NCBI GenBank assembly: GCA_964016885.1
Contig: OZ024743.1
Coordinates: 173,538,001 to 173,602,000 of the forward strand
Origin: Eledone cirrhosa
Lineage: Eukaryota
Reading direction: 5' to 3'
DNA: 64,000 nucleotides
The notes beneath the pieces were generated by a model, which worked only from the letters and a program-made list of their open reading frames with translations, was not told where the DNA came from and did not search any database. The translations under genes and the position numbers were made by a program. The stretch's first letter is position 1. Each line of letters starts with the position of its first letter. Positions 41,901-54,062 of the stretch are shown in pieces.

Positions 41901-44245
41901 TAAACGTAGGTGTAGATATGTGGGTGTGATAGTGTGTATATATGTAGATGTAGGTATGTGGGTGTGATAGTGTGTCTATATGTAGGTGTAGATATGTGTG
42001 TGTGATAGTGTGTATATATGTAGGTGTAGGTATGTGGGTGTGATAGTGTGTATATATGTAGGTGTAGATATGTGGGTGTGATAGTGTGTATAAACGTAGG
42101 TGTAGATATGTGGGTGTGATAGTGTGTCTATATGTGTAGATGTGTGGCTGTGATAGTGTGTATATATGTAGCTGTAGATATGTGGGGGTGATAGTGTGTC
42201 TATGTGTAGATGTAGATATGTGTGTGTGATAGTGTGTATATATGTAGGTGTAGATATGTGGGTGTGATAGTGTGTCTATATGTAGGTGTAGGTATGTGTG
42301 TGTGATAGTGTGTATATATGTAGATGTAGATATGTGTGTGTGATAGTGTGTCTATATGTAGGTGTAGATATGTGGGTGTGATAGTGTGTATATATGTAGG
42401 TGTAGATATGTGGGTGTGATAGTGTGTATATATGTAGCTGTAGGTATGTGGGTGTGATAGTGTGTATATATGTGTAGATGTAGATATGTGGGTGTGATAG
42501 TGTGTATACATGTGTAGATGTAGATATAGACACACTATCACACCCACATGCCTACATCTACACATATATACACACTATCACACACACATATCTACACCTA
42601 CATATATACACACTATCACACACACTATCACACCCACACATCTACACCTACATATAGACACACTATCACACCCACATATCTACACCTACATATATACACA
42701 CTATCACACCCACATATCTACACCTACATATATACACACTATCACACACACATATCTACATCTACATATAGACACACTATCACACACACATATCTACACC
42801 TACATATATACACACTATCACACCCACATACCTACACCTACATATATACACACTATCACACACACATATCTACACCTACATATATACACACTATCACACC
42901 CACATATCTACACCTACATATATACACACTATCACACACACATATCTACACCTACATATATACACACTATCACACCCACACATCTACACCTACATATAGA
43001 CACACTATCACACCCGCATGCCTACACCTACATATATACACACTATCACACACACATATCTACATCTATATATATACAGACTATCACACCCACATATCTA
43101 CACCTACATATATACACACTATCACACACACATATCTACATCTACATATATACACACTATCACACACACATATCTACATCTACATATAGACACACTATCA
43201 CACCCACATACCTACATCTACATATATACACACTATCACACCCACATATCTACACCTACGTTTATACACACTATCACACACACATATGTAGGTGTAGGTA
43301 TGTGTGTGTGATAGTGTGTATATATGTACATGTAGATATGTGGGTGTGATAGTGTGTCTATATGTAGGTGTAGATGTGTGGGTGTGATAGTGTGTATATA
43401 TGTAGGTGTAGGTATGTGGGTGTGATAGTGTGTATATATGTAGGTGTAGATGTGTGTGTGTGATAGTGTGTCTATATGTAGGTGTAGATATGTGTGTATG
43501 ATAGTGTGTATATATGTAGGTGTAGGTATGTGTGTGTGTGATAGTGTGTATATATGTAGGTGTAGATATGTGGGTGTGATGGTGTGTCTATATGTAGGTG
43601 TAGATATGTGTGTGTGATAGTGTGTATATGTGTAGGTGTAGATATGTGTGTATGATAGTGTGTATATATGTAGGTGTAGATATGTGGGTGTGATAGTGTG
43701 TATATATGTAGGTGTAGATATGTGGGTATGATAGTGTGTCTATATGTAGGTGTAGATATGTGTGTGTGATAGTGTGTATATATGTAGATGTAGATATGTG
43801 TGTGTGATAGTGTGTCTATATGTAGGTGTAGATATGTGGGTGTGATAGTGTGTCTATATGTAGGTGTAGATATGTGTGTGTGATAGTGTGTATATATGTA
43901 GATGTAGGTATGTGTGTGTGATAGTGTGTATATGTGTAGGTGTAGATATGTGTGTGTGATAGTGTGTATATATGTAGGTGTAGGTATGTGGGTGTGATAG
44001 TGTGTATATATGTAGGTGTAGATATGTGTGTGTGATAGTGTGTCTATATGTAGGTGTAGATATGTGTGTGTGATAGTGTGTATATATGTAGGTGTAGATA
44101 TGTGGGTGTGATAGTGTGTATATATGTAGGTGTAGATATGTGTGTATATATGTAGATGTAGATATGTGTGTGTGATAGTGTGTCTATATGTAGGTGTAGA
44201 TATGTGTGTGTGATAGTGTGTCTATGTCTGAATGTAGATATGTGG
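32934..44245. repeat. 38-bp tandem satellite with four internal inverted blocks
   Basis: Consensus GTGTGATAGTGTGTATATATGTAGGTGTAGATATGTGG; inverted at 34912-35512, 37384-38366, 39592-40612, 42524-43288. Confidence 0.97.
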
Positions 44246-44246
44246 G

Positions 44247-44871
44247 TGATGTAGTTTTGTGTGTGTGTGTGATATACACTGATGTAGCTGTGTGTGTGTG
44301 TGTGTGTGAGATATACACTGATGTAGCTGTGTGTGTGATATACACTGATATAGCTGTGTGTGTGTGTGTGTGTGTGTGATATACACTGATATAGTTGTAT
44401 GTGTGTGTGTGTGTGTGTGAGATATACACTGATATAGTTGTATGTGTGTGTGTGTGTGTGAGATATACACTGATGTAGCTGTGTGTGTGATATTCACTGA
44501 TATAGTTGTGTGTGTGTGTGAGACATACACTGATGTAGCTGTGTGTGTGATATACACTGATATAGCTGTGTGTGTGTGTGTGTGTGTGATATACACTGAT
44601 ATAGTTGTATGTGTGTGTGTGTGAGATATACACTGATATAGTTGTATGTGTGTGTGAGATATACACTGATGTAGCTGTGTGTGTGATATTCACTGATATA
44701 GTTGTGTGTGTGTGTGAGACATACACTGATGTAGCTGTGTGTGTGATATACACTGATATAGTTGTGTGTGTGTGTGTGAGATATACACTGATGTAGCTGT
44801 GTGTGTGTGTGTGTGTGTATGTGTGTGTGATATACACTGATGTAGCTGTGTGTGTGATATACACTGATATA

Positions 44872-44906
<35 letters not shown>

Positions 44907-44921
44907 TATACACTGATGTAG

Positions 44922-44953
<32 letters not shown>

Positions 44954-45114
44954 TATACACTGATGTAGTTGTGTGTGTGTGATATACACTGATGTAGTTG
45001 TGTGTGTGTGTGTGTGTGTGTGATATACACTGATGTAGCTGTGTGTGTGTGTGTGTGTGTGATATACACTGATGTAGTTGTGTGTGTGTGTGTGTGTGAT
45101 ATACACTGATATAG

Positions 45115-45150
<36 letters not shown>

Positions 45151-45297
45151 TATACACTGATGTAGCTGTGTGTGTGTGTGTGTGATATACACTGATGTAG
45201 CTGTCTGTGTGATATACACTGATATAGTTGTGTGTGTGAGATATACACTAATGTAGCTGTGTGTGTGTGTGTGTGTGTGAGATATACACTGATGTAG

Positions 45298-45341
<44 letters not shown>

Positions 45342-45382
45342 TATACACTGATGTAGCTGTGTGTGTGATATACACTGATATA

Positions 45383-45421
<39 letters not shown>

Positions 45422-45950
45422 TATACACTGATGTAGCTGTCTGTGTGTGTGTGTGTGTGTTATATACACTGATATAGTTGTGTGTGTGTGTGTGTGTGTG
45501 TGAGATATACACTGATGTAGCTGTGTGTGTGTGATATACACTGATATAGTTGTGTGTGTGTGTGTGTGTGATATACACTGATGTAGCTGTGTATGATATA
45601 CACTGATATAGTTGTGTGTGTGTGTGTGTGTGTGAGATATACACTGATGTAGCTGTGTGTGTGATATACACTGATATAGTCGTATGTGTGTGTGTGTGAT
45701 ATACACTGATATAGCTGTGTGTGTGTGTGTGTGTGAGATATACACTGATATAGTTGTGTGTGTGTGTGATATTCACTGATGTAGCTGTGTGTGTGATATA
45801 CACTGATATAGTTGTGTGTGTGTGTGTGTGTGATATACACTGATGTAGCTGTGTGTGTGTGTGTGTGAGTGTGTGTGTGTGTTTGTGTGTGTGTGTTATA
45901 CACTGATATAGTTGTGTGTCTGCATCATATACACTGATGCAATTGTGTGT
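44247..45950. repeat. Compound minisatellite: GATATACACTGAT(G/A)TAG(C/T)T core + variable (GT)n
   Basis: Direct reading. Confidence 0.95.
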
Positions 45951-45965
45951 ATAAATCCATTGCAG

Positions 45966-46045
45966 GAACCTCAAATACAGAATCTGTAGAATCTGTCTTG
46001 TATATTTACAATGTACTTCTAATCAATTGGATTTGGAAGATGCTG
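45966..46045 (+). CDS. Candidate 80-bp host exon (GTSNTESVESVLYIYNVLLINWIWKML)
   Basis: TTGCAG acceptor and CTG|GTCAGT donor; phase-compatible with 32871-32930; hydrophobic helix. A longer alternative frame to 46136 is also open. Confidence 0.4.
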
Positions 46046-46178
46046 GTCAGTTTGCTTTGTACTATCTTGGAACAACATTTCCAGACTTTTATTCAATTCT
46101 GGAATTTCATAACCCAATACTAAAAACTTCTGTCATGTAAAAGAATCTTATCCCGATTCCCTTACAAAAGTTATTTAA

Positions 46179-46381
46179 CCCTTTAGCATTTACATTACTC
46201 TATATTTACTATTGTATTTTCATGGTAATTATTTCACATAATATTGAATCTATGAGATTTTGATATTATTTATTTTGAGAACAATACCTTAACGTGAGTA
46301 TGAGTGGCTGGTTACAGCCAGCTTGAACAGAAAGAGGTGAGAGAATTCTGGCCAGTTACGGCCGGTTTAAATGCTAAAGGG
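46179..46381. mobile_element. piggyBac-type MITE, copy 1
   Basis: TTAA on both sides; perfect 14-bp TIR CCCTTTAGCATTTA/TAAATGCTAAAGGG. Confidence 0.85.
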
Positions 46382-46797
46382 TTAAGAGTAACAGTTTAGA
46401 ATAAAACACTAGGTTTTATTTCATTATGTACATTGTCTGGGCTTTTAAGTCATTTAAAAAAATACTATAACACTTAAATAATATATTTACAATTTATATA
46501 TAACATTTAGGCATACTATGGCCCTGAAGTTTTTGGTCATATCATATATTTTTCTTGGCTCTTAGACACAAAAACTCTGTGTGTAACTATCAGCCAGTTT
46601 AATAGATGGAGTTTAACAATTATTGATTCATTGGTTACATCATATGTTTAGGGAGAGACATATGGGGTATACTACTACTACTTTAGCTCATTCAGCCACA
46701 GAACATCGTGGTTATGTTGTTTGTTTAAATTTCAGACCTTCACTGTCATTTCCCAGAATGACTATGTCAGCCTGGGAAGGAACGTTTACAACTTTGA

Positions 46798-47014
46798 TCC
46801 TTTAGCATTCACATTACTCTATATTTACTATTATATTTTCACGGTAAAGGCTGTATCTCACATAATTATCTCACATAATATCGAATCTGAGATTTTGATA
46901 TTATTCATTTTGAGAAGAATACCTTAACATCAGTGAGCGGCCAGTTACAGCCGGTTTGAACAGAAAGATGTGAGAGATTTCTGGCTGGATATGGCCTGTT
47001 TAAATGCTAATGGG
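46798..47014. mobile_element. piggyBac-type MITE, copy 2 (diverged)
   Basis: Homologous to 46179-46381; ends TTGA-TCCTTTAGCATT and TAAATGCTAATGGG-TTAA. Confidence 0.8.
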
Positions 47015-47469
47015 TTAATGTGATATGTAGCTTGGAGATTTCATTCAAACACACAATTGATTGTCTTACATTCTTGTAATTTTTTACAATAAGGAAGCTT
47101 TTCACTTACTACTTGAAGTTTGTGTTTGAGGGCTATCGGTTTACACCATTCTCCTACTTTTGAATTTCCGGGTGGGTGTGGACTTATAACATCTACCCCC
47201 ACCTTCCCAATTTCACTTACCCATAGTTTCTAAAACCTATTTCCATCATTTTCAATAGCACTCTTCAGTCTTTTACCTCAACCCTTACCCACACACCCTC
47301 TACTGACACTCTTCGGTCTTTTACCTCACCCCCACACCCTCTACTCAGTAATTGTTTGTAACAAATATGTGTCGAGATTATTGTGAAAAAAAAAATTCTA
47401 CTTGTAATGGTTCCAAAATTGAGTTTGCTCGTGGTGTTAACAACTGTGTGGCTAGTCCTGTTAGCTAGC

Positions 47470-47750
47470 TCAGGCTTAGCTAAGGGGTTCATGTCACAAA
47501 TATGAGGCCCCAGGTTGGACCCCATTATGGGGCATTTTGGGAAATTGTTGACCCATGCTTTGTGACTGAAATTGTGTAGACAGAAGCTATGTAGATTCAG
47601 GAATACTCAACCACATCACTGTAATACAAGATAGACTGTATCTGTAGTTCAAAGGTCCAGTTTTGTTACACATTGTGTCATGCAGATTCGTGACATATAT
47701 TGTGTCACATTAAGGGTACATATGTCTGTGGAATGCTCAGCCATTTACAG
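47470..47750 (+). mobile_element. Old SINE-like repeat remnant
   Basis: Degenerate tRNA-like head (GGTTGGACCCC). TGTGTCA...TTAAGGG...GGAATGCTCAGCCA is shared with 50863-50975 and partly 48200-48232. Confidence 0.35.
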
Positions 47751-48412
47751 TAGATTAAAGATCTTTTTTAACTGTAAATACAATGGCCCAGTTTTATCAC
47801 ATACTGTGTCACATTTAGAGTCTTCTTGCTTCTCGAAAAATCTCTCCTCCCCCGCCACACTTATTAATTTTTCAGAATTTTTCTGCTCTTATTCTACTCC
47901 ACTCCCACCAATTAAATTTTGATAATCTATTTCCGGCAAAATTTTATTTTAAGTGGTAGCATTCCTGAGACAATTTTCTTTATCCATTAAAAAACATTAT
48001 ACATAACAAAAAAGTATATTACTAGAAATCCTATACGTTTTAAAATAAATAGGATAGGTTGGGTCTCAATATGTAAACTAAACAACTAATTCTGGTTTAA
48101 AAAAAAAAATTAAAAAAAGACAACCTAGAACAATTACTGATTTTCCAACTCCACCGGCTTATGGCCCCACACACTTATTCCACCCTTTTGGGGACCCGAG
48201 AGTACATGTATCTGTGGAATATTCATCCATTTATGGTATTTCATGAGCTGAGTGTTGAGTTGAGTGAAATACTGAATAGCCATCATTGAAAGCAACAGAG
48301 GGTATACCATTATCATATGATTACAAAACTAGAATATCACTGGCTGTCACCTAATCAATTCTGTTCATTGCTTCTTCTCCAAAGTTCTACTCTGAAACCT
48401 ATCTTTATACAC

Positions 48413-48599
48413 AAGGTGGCCAATTGGCAGAGTTAGGGTTAGAATGTCATAGAATGCTTCATGGTATTTTGTTCTGGCTCTCTGTTCTCTGTGTTCAAAT
48501 CCTACCAAGGTCAACTTTGCCTTCCACCCTTTCAAGGTTGATAATCATTCATTCAAGGTCAATAAAAAAAAAAGTACCAGTCCAATACTGGAGTCAATT
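48413..48599 (+). mobile_element. tRNA-derived SINE with Deu/Nin-like domain (diverged)
   Basis: GTTCAAATCC B-box, GCCTTCCACCCTTTCAAGGTTGATAA..AGTACCAG; same family as 2342-2545. Confidence 0.65.
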
Positions 48600-48634
48600 C
48601 TTCTGTATCTCTTACTCACTCTCCCCAACACACA

Positions 48635-48694
<60 letters not shown>

Positions 48695-48772
48695 GAAATC
48701 AGCTGTTTTCAGACCTGGAGAGAGATGAAGGACTCCACCAGGTTTAAAGTGCCTTAGACAGCTCCCTAACAA

Positions 48773-49522
48773 CACCATCAAGAGTTACAGGTCTATATAT
48801 ACATACATCTTTATACACACCCCACCATCAAGAGTTACAGGTCTATATACATCTTTATAAACACCCCACCATCAAGAGTTACAGGTCTATATATACATAC
48901 ATCTTTATACACATCACACCATCAAGAGTTACAGGTCTATATACATCTTTATACACACCCCACCATCAAGAGTTACAGGTCTATATATACATACATCTTT
49001 ATACACATCACACCATCAAGAGTTACAGGTCTATATACATCTTTATAAACACCCCACCATCAAGAGTTACAGGTCTATATATACATACATCTTTATACAC
49101 ATCACACCATCAAGAGTTACAGGTCTATATACATCTTTATAAACACCATGCCATCAAGAGTTACAGGTCTATATATATACATACATCTTTATACACATCA
49201 CACCATCAAGAGTTACAGGTCTATATACATCTTTATAAACACCATGCCATCAAGTTACAGGTCTATATATATACATACATCTTTATACACATCACACCAT
49301 CAAGAGTTACAGGTCTATATACATCTTTATAAAAACCATGCCATCAAGAGTTACAGGTCTATATATATACATACATCTTTATACACATCACACCATCAAG
49401 AGTTACAGGTCTATATACATCTTTATACACATCACACCATCAAGAGTTACAGGTCTATATACATCTTTATAAACACCATGCCATCAAGAGTTACAGGTCT
49501 ATACATAAATACATCTTTATAC
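48773..49522. repeat. Minisatellite with alternating ~44 and ~50-bp units
   Basis: Core CCATCAAGAGTTACAGGTCTATATA(CATA)CATCTTTATA, about 16 copies. Confidence 0.93.
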
Positions 49523-49854
49523 AGAGAACACCATTGCTTCTTCCTGTCTTTATATACACCACACAGAACTATTGAGATTGTCAACACTCCATATAATATT
49601 GGTTAATAGTATTTACAGATGCTAGTCAGATATCTTTCTGTAACAAAGGGAGCTGTTCTTTATATATACATACATACATATATACATTACATACATACAA
49701 TCATACATACATGCATATATTATTTACACACGTATATACACAAATTATAAGCATATATCCATCCATAGATAATACACACAAGCGCCTATGTATGTATGGT
49801 TGTATATGCCTTCTGTCTTATGTCATATTTGTAAATGTATAGTTTCATGCTCAT

Positions 49855-49920
49855 ATCATCATCATCATCATCATCACCATTTAACGTCCCTTTGCCATGC
49901 TAGCATGGGTTAGACAGATC
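49855..49920 (-). mobile_element. RTE-type 3' tail fragment
   Basis: Minus strand GTCTAACCCATGCTAGCATGG..GGACGTTAAATGG(TGA)n matches 14016-14065. Confidence 0.75.
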
Positions 49921-50080
49921 GTCCACAACATGGGACAAGTCTGGCTAGATTGGCTGCACTGTATATTACTCAGACGGAACTGTAAAATTTTGCTGTGATT
50001 TTTACTGTACGTCTGTATACATATATGTATGTACGTATACATACATACTTACATTTATATATATATATACACACATACAT

Positions 50081-50121
<41 letters not shown>

Positions 50122-50257
50122 TTAATAACAATAATAATAAAAACAATAATAATAATAATGACAACAACAATAATAATATTCATATACATATATATATACA
50201 CATACACGCACACACATAAGCATATCTACACACACACACACACACACACGATAGCAA

Positions 50258-50773
50258 CTAACAGCGCTGCGATCGAATGTGGCTTTTTAGCCCAGCCAAT
50301 GATCTAAAATGTCTTGCACAGAGTCAGCAACCAAAACATTCACTGGGAATAGTCGGCTGTGGTTGGAGTTCGTGCACTTTTGCATGTCGCTTGAGCCCTC
50401 CTGCTGATTTACATTCTCTACCACATGTTTGGCAAGCATGATGGGTAGCATCTCCAACAGCAGCCTGGTAGTCAACCACTGGTCTTACTTTATGACTGCG
50501 AAGATGACTTTCGAGTCCAGCTTTGCTTAGGCAGAGTCTCGCACATACGCTGCATGTCAGCACCATAGGAGGACCCTCTCCGTCTGGAAGTGCAACAGCA
50601 ATGCCCTTCCTCACATCCCGCTCCACCCTCCCGTATGCGACTCGAGATGCCCCAAAGGCAACCCTTCCCTCACACAGTCTTTCTCCATTTATTACGATCA
50701 GCAGCAATATTTTCCCATGTATCAGCAGAGATGTTAGCGTCTTTCAGAGAGGCTTTCAAGGAATCCTTATACC

Positions 50774-50774
<1 letters not shown>
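50258..50774 (-). pseudogene. RTE/BovB-like ORF C-terminus with three C2H2 zinc fingers (decayed)
   Basis: RYKDSLKASLK..WENIAADRNKWR, frameshift, CSVC..GLESHLRSH, CQTC..GLKRHAKVH, C*LC..GLKSHIRSQ. Confidence 0.8.
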
Positions 50775-50804
<30 letters not shown>

Positions 50805-50864
50805 CATACATACATACATACATACATACATACATACATACATACATACATACATACATACATA
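50775..50864. repeat. (TACA)n microsatellite
   Basis: Direct reading. Confidence 0.95.
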
Positions 50865-50975
50865 CCCTGTGTCAGGTTGAATCTCCCTGAGAACTATATT
50901 AAAGGAATGCTCATCCACTTGCACATTAAGTCCCAAGCAGGCTGTTCCATTGATCGAATTAATGGGAACATTTGT
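50863..50975 (+). mobile_element. SINE-like repeat fragment
   Basis: Similar to 47672-47750. Confidence 0.4.
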
Positions 50976-51499
50976 TGTAAAAATCAATTGAGATCCAGTA
51001 CATGAGTGTGCGTGTGTTAGAGAGATAGTATGTGTGTGTGTATATGTGTGTGTAGGATTGCAAATGAGTGCCTGTATATGTATAAGTGCGTATGTATGTG
51101 TGTAAGTGTTTGTATGTGAGTATATATGTATGTCTGTGTGTGTGTGTGTTTCATGAATATTGAAGATAGTTCCTCTGAAGGGGAGAAGCTGTAGAACTAT
51201 ATATAACTAACTATTTATATAACAATCAGCCTGTTGTATATAAATTAAAAGAGATACAAACATGACCTTTTATACCACATCTACAATAATATACAGCCTC
51301 AACTAGATTGACCTCATCTTAAGCTGGTTCAAATTTCCAGGTTTCCACCCATCATCATCATCATTTTAACAACCTGTTATTGTTTTCATTTTAGTGAGAA
51401 AGCTGTGGCACTAAAAGTCTACAAGTTCTTCATTTGCTCAGATGCTATGCATATATATACACATGCATATATATATACACATGCATATATATATACACA

Positions 51500-51572
<73 letters not shown>

Positions 51573-51644
51573 ATAATAATTGTTTCTACTTTTGGCACAA
51601 GGCCAGCAATTACCCAGTGCATTACTGGTACTTTATTTTATCGA
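51573..51644 (-). mobile_element. SINE 3' fragment
   Basis: Nearly identical to 2349-2417. Confidence 0.75.
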
Positions 51645-51981
51645 TATATAGTAATAATAATGTATACAGTTGTCTTTCCTGATGATTTCCTTTGAAATTT
51701 AATAAATATATATATATATAAAGAAATTCGTTTTTAAATATAAAAACTGGAAAGGTGTAGGTGAAAAAGTTATATCAGCTCAAAATACGATAATTCATTA
51801 TAATAAACTGTACACACGGCTACATACAATTAAAAAAAAATATGAACTCCTACTCTGTTAGATTATTCATACGTAGAGCAAATTATCTATTAAAATATGT
51901 TACCAAACACTCTTATTTATATCATAGCTTTTTGTCGTGGTTTTTGTATGGACTAATGAGACACATACACCTGTCATTCAG

Positions 51982-52080
51982 TGTGGCTATATCGTGCTTA
52001 TATTGTACAACCAATTCCTCATAGCTTCATCAGCAGGAAAGTCTTTGTAAACACCAGAAAGCATGTGTATAAGCCTCACA
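51982..52080 (+). CDS. Candidate 99-bp host exon (xWLYRAYIVQPIPHSFISRKVFVNTRKHVYKPH)
   Basis: CATTCAG acceptor, weak A|GTATAT donor, phase 1-1, joins in frame to 53855. Another frame from 51928 is also open. Confidence 0.3.
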
Positions 52081-52394
52081 GTATATATGTTGTATGTATG
52101 CATGTGTGTATAATACAAACATATAGTTACTTTCTACTTGTGTTTTATATAAGCAACATCATCATCATCATCACCATTTAATAGCTATTTTCTATATTTC
52201 ATCTGCCTGTCACCCACCTTGTGGATTGTCTCTCTGTTCACCACAGACTACTGGTCTCTGTCCTCTGAGGCAGGTTTGCCTGTTTTTGACAGCATTTGGC
52301 TGTTTTAATGACTTCTAGTTTTCTCATTTTTATATGTATTCAAATACACGCTCACATTGTCTTGATCAGAGACATTGTTTTGTTCATTTATTTA

Positions 52395-52460
<66 letters not shown>

Positions 52461-52595
52461 GGTGATTCAGTGAATTACATGTTTTATTGATAATCATGTG
52501 AATGAAACTTGTTTTTTTTATTATATGTATATAAATATATATATGTTTATATATATGTATATATATATATATATACATATATATAGAGAGAGAGA

Positions 52596-52693
52596 GACAT
52601 GGTCACCTGACCTGGCATTGCCCACAACAGGACAACCTGTCTAACCCATGCTAGCATGGAAGAATGGACATAAAACGGGGATGATGATGATGA
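52596..52693 (+). mobile_element. RTE-type 3' tail fragment
   Basis: TGCCCACAACAGGACAACCTGTCTAACCCATGCTAGCATGGAAGAA..(GAT)n closely matches 13975-14065. Confidence 0.85.
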
Positions 52694-52753
52694 TATATAT
52701 ATAAGGCATACGTCAAGACGGGCGGTCTCAAAAGTGAAACTAATTTTTGACAG

Positions 52754-53012
52754 GTACGATTGTGAATTTGTTTGTTTTTTTACAACAGGTCTCAATAGTG
52801 AAAGTATAATGCAGACACACGCAATTGTATGGATTTCGTAATATATATATATATGTGTGGGTGCGTATATATATATATATATATATATATACAGAGAGAC
52901 AGAGAGGGGGGTGGGGGTTATTAATCGAAGCATAGATTTGGAGTAGTGAAGAACCAAGTAGATATACACACACACACATATAAACAAACACACACACACA
53001 CACACATATGTG

Positions 53013-53054
<42 letters not shown>

Positions 53055-53618
53055 CACTTTCTCTCGTCTTTCCTTCATCCAACGTCTATCTTCCACGCAA
53101 GCATGGGTTTAGACGTATATATATGTTTGTGTATATATATATATATGTTTGTGTGTATATATATGTGTCTGTATATATATATGTGTGTATGTATATATAT
53201 ATTTATGCACACATACACATTTGTATGAATTTGTAGATGTATATATATATGCATGTACACAATTGTATGTTTTTTTTTTAAATAATGACATTGTGTGTTG
53301 AAATAAATAAATATTGAAAATCCTTATTACACCCTATACATAGCTGAAATACAGTTGATCATCTCGCCAAACTTGTTGGCACCAACTCTCTGTCCCCAAA
53401 GAAATTAAGGTAGGGTCATAAGAAGGACAGAGAATGATAAGGGATCTATGCTTCGATTATTAACCCCCCCCCCCTCTCTGTCTCTCTGTATATATATATA
53501 TATATATATACACACCCACACATATATATATATTACGAAATCCATACAATTACGTGTGTCTGCATTATACTTTCACTATTGAGACCTGTTGTAAAAACAA
53601 AAACAAATTCACAATCGT
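52754..53618. repeat. Inverted repeat pair, ~180-bp arms (52754-52937, 53444-53618)
   Basis: Arms are near-identical reverse complements; spacer ~505 bp. Confidence 0.9.
53074..53115 (-). mobile_element. RTE-type 3' tail fragment
   Basis: Minus strand CGTCTAAACCCATGCTTGCGTGGAAGATAGACGTT resembles 1276-1312. Confidence 0.7.
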
Positions 53619-53767
53619 GTACGTCAATACTCATCTTTTTCCATTTCTCCGAGCGTTCTTAACCCCACTATCAGGCTAAATAATTTCTTTCATTTCTTTA
53701 GTCAAAATACGGCGATAGCTTACATTTATAATAATTTCAAACCCACTCGCTGTTTCGAAAATATTAT

Positions 53768-53824
<57 letters not shown>

Positions 53825-53854
53825 GTGTGTGTGTAATATTTGAATCTTTTTCAG

Positions 53855-54030
53855 CATCTTTAATTGAAGCTACTGAAGAAGAAGAACCAGAGACTGAAAC
53901 GCCAACGTTACAGAGACTTAAACCACGTGTGAGTTCGTTTATGATCAAGAAACGAGTCAGTAGAGATATTCAAGAGAACCAGTTTAACATAGATGATCAG
54001 CTAAATCAGTTGTCAAGGACACAGTCTGAG
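53855..54030 (+). CDS. Candidate 176-bp host exon (xSLIEATEEEEPETETPTLQRLKPRVSSFMIKKRVSRDIQENQFNIDDQLNQLSRTQSE)
   Basis: Strong TCTTTTTCAG acceptor and GAG|GTGAGA donor; open, protein-like frame in unique sequence. Confidence 0.7.
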
Positions 54031-54062
54031 GTGAGATATAAATTTTGCTTACTTTTGTATCT

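Noticed and set aside
44247-45950. CRISPR-like repeat/spacer layout
   Set aside because: Spacers are only (GT)n, there are no cas genes, and the context is eukaryotic.
33720-45974. His/Thr/Tyr-rich ORFs
   Set aside because: Satellite translations; they flip strand with the inversions.
48129-48316. Possible exon or minus-strand ORF
   Set aside because: Poor acceptor context and partial similarity to the SINE-like repeat at 47712-47746.
51165-51198. Hammerhead-like AGTTC..CTGAAG..GTA-GAACT
   Set aside because: No stem II and no GAAA box.
51679-51706. CTGATGA...GAAA motif
   Set aside because: No stem I or III; at most a truncated remnant.
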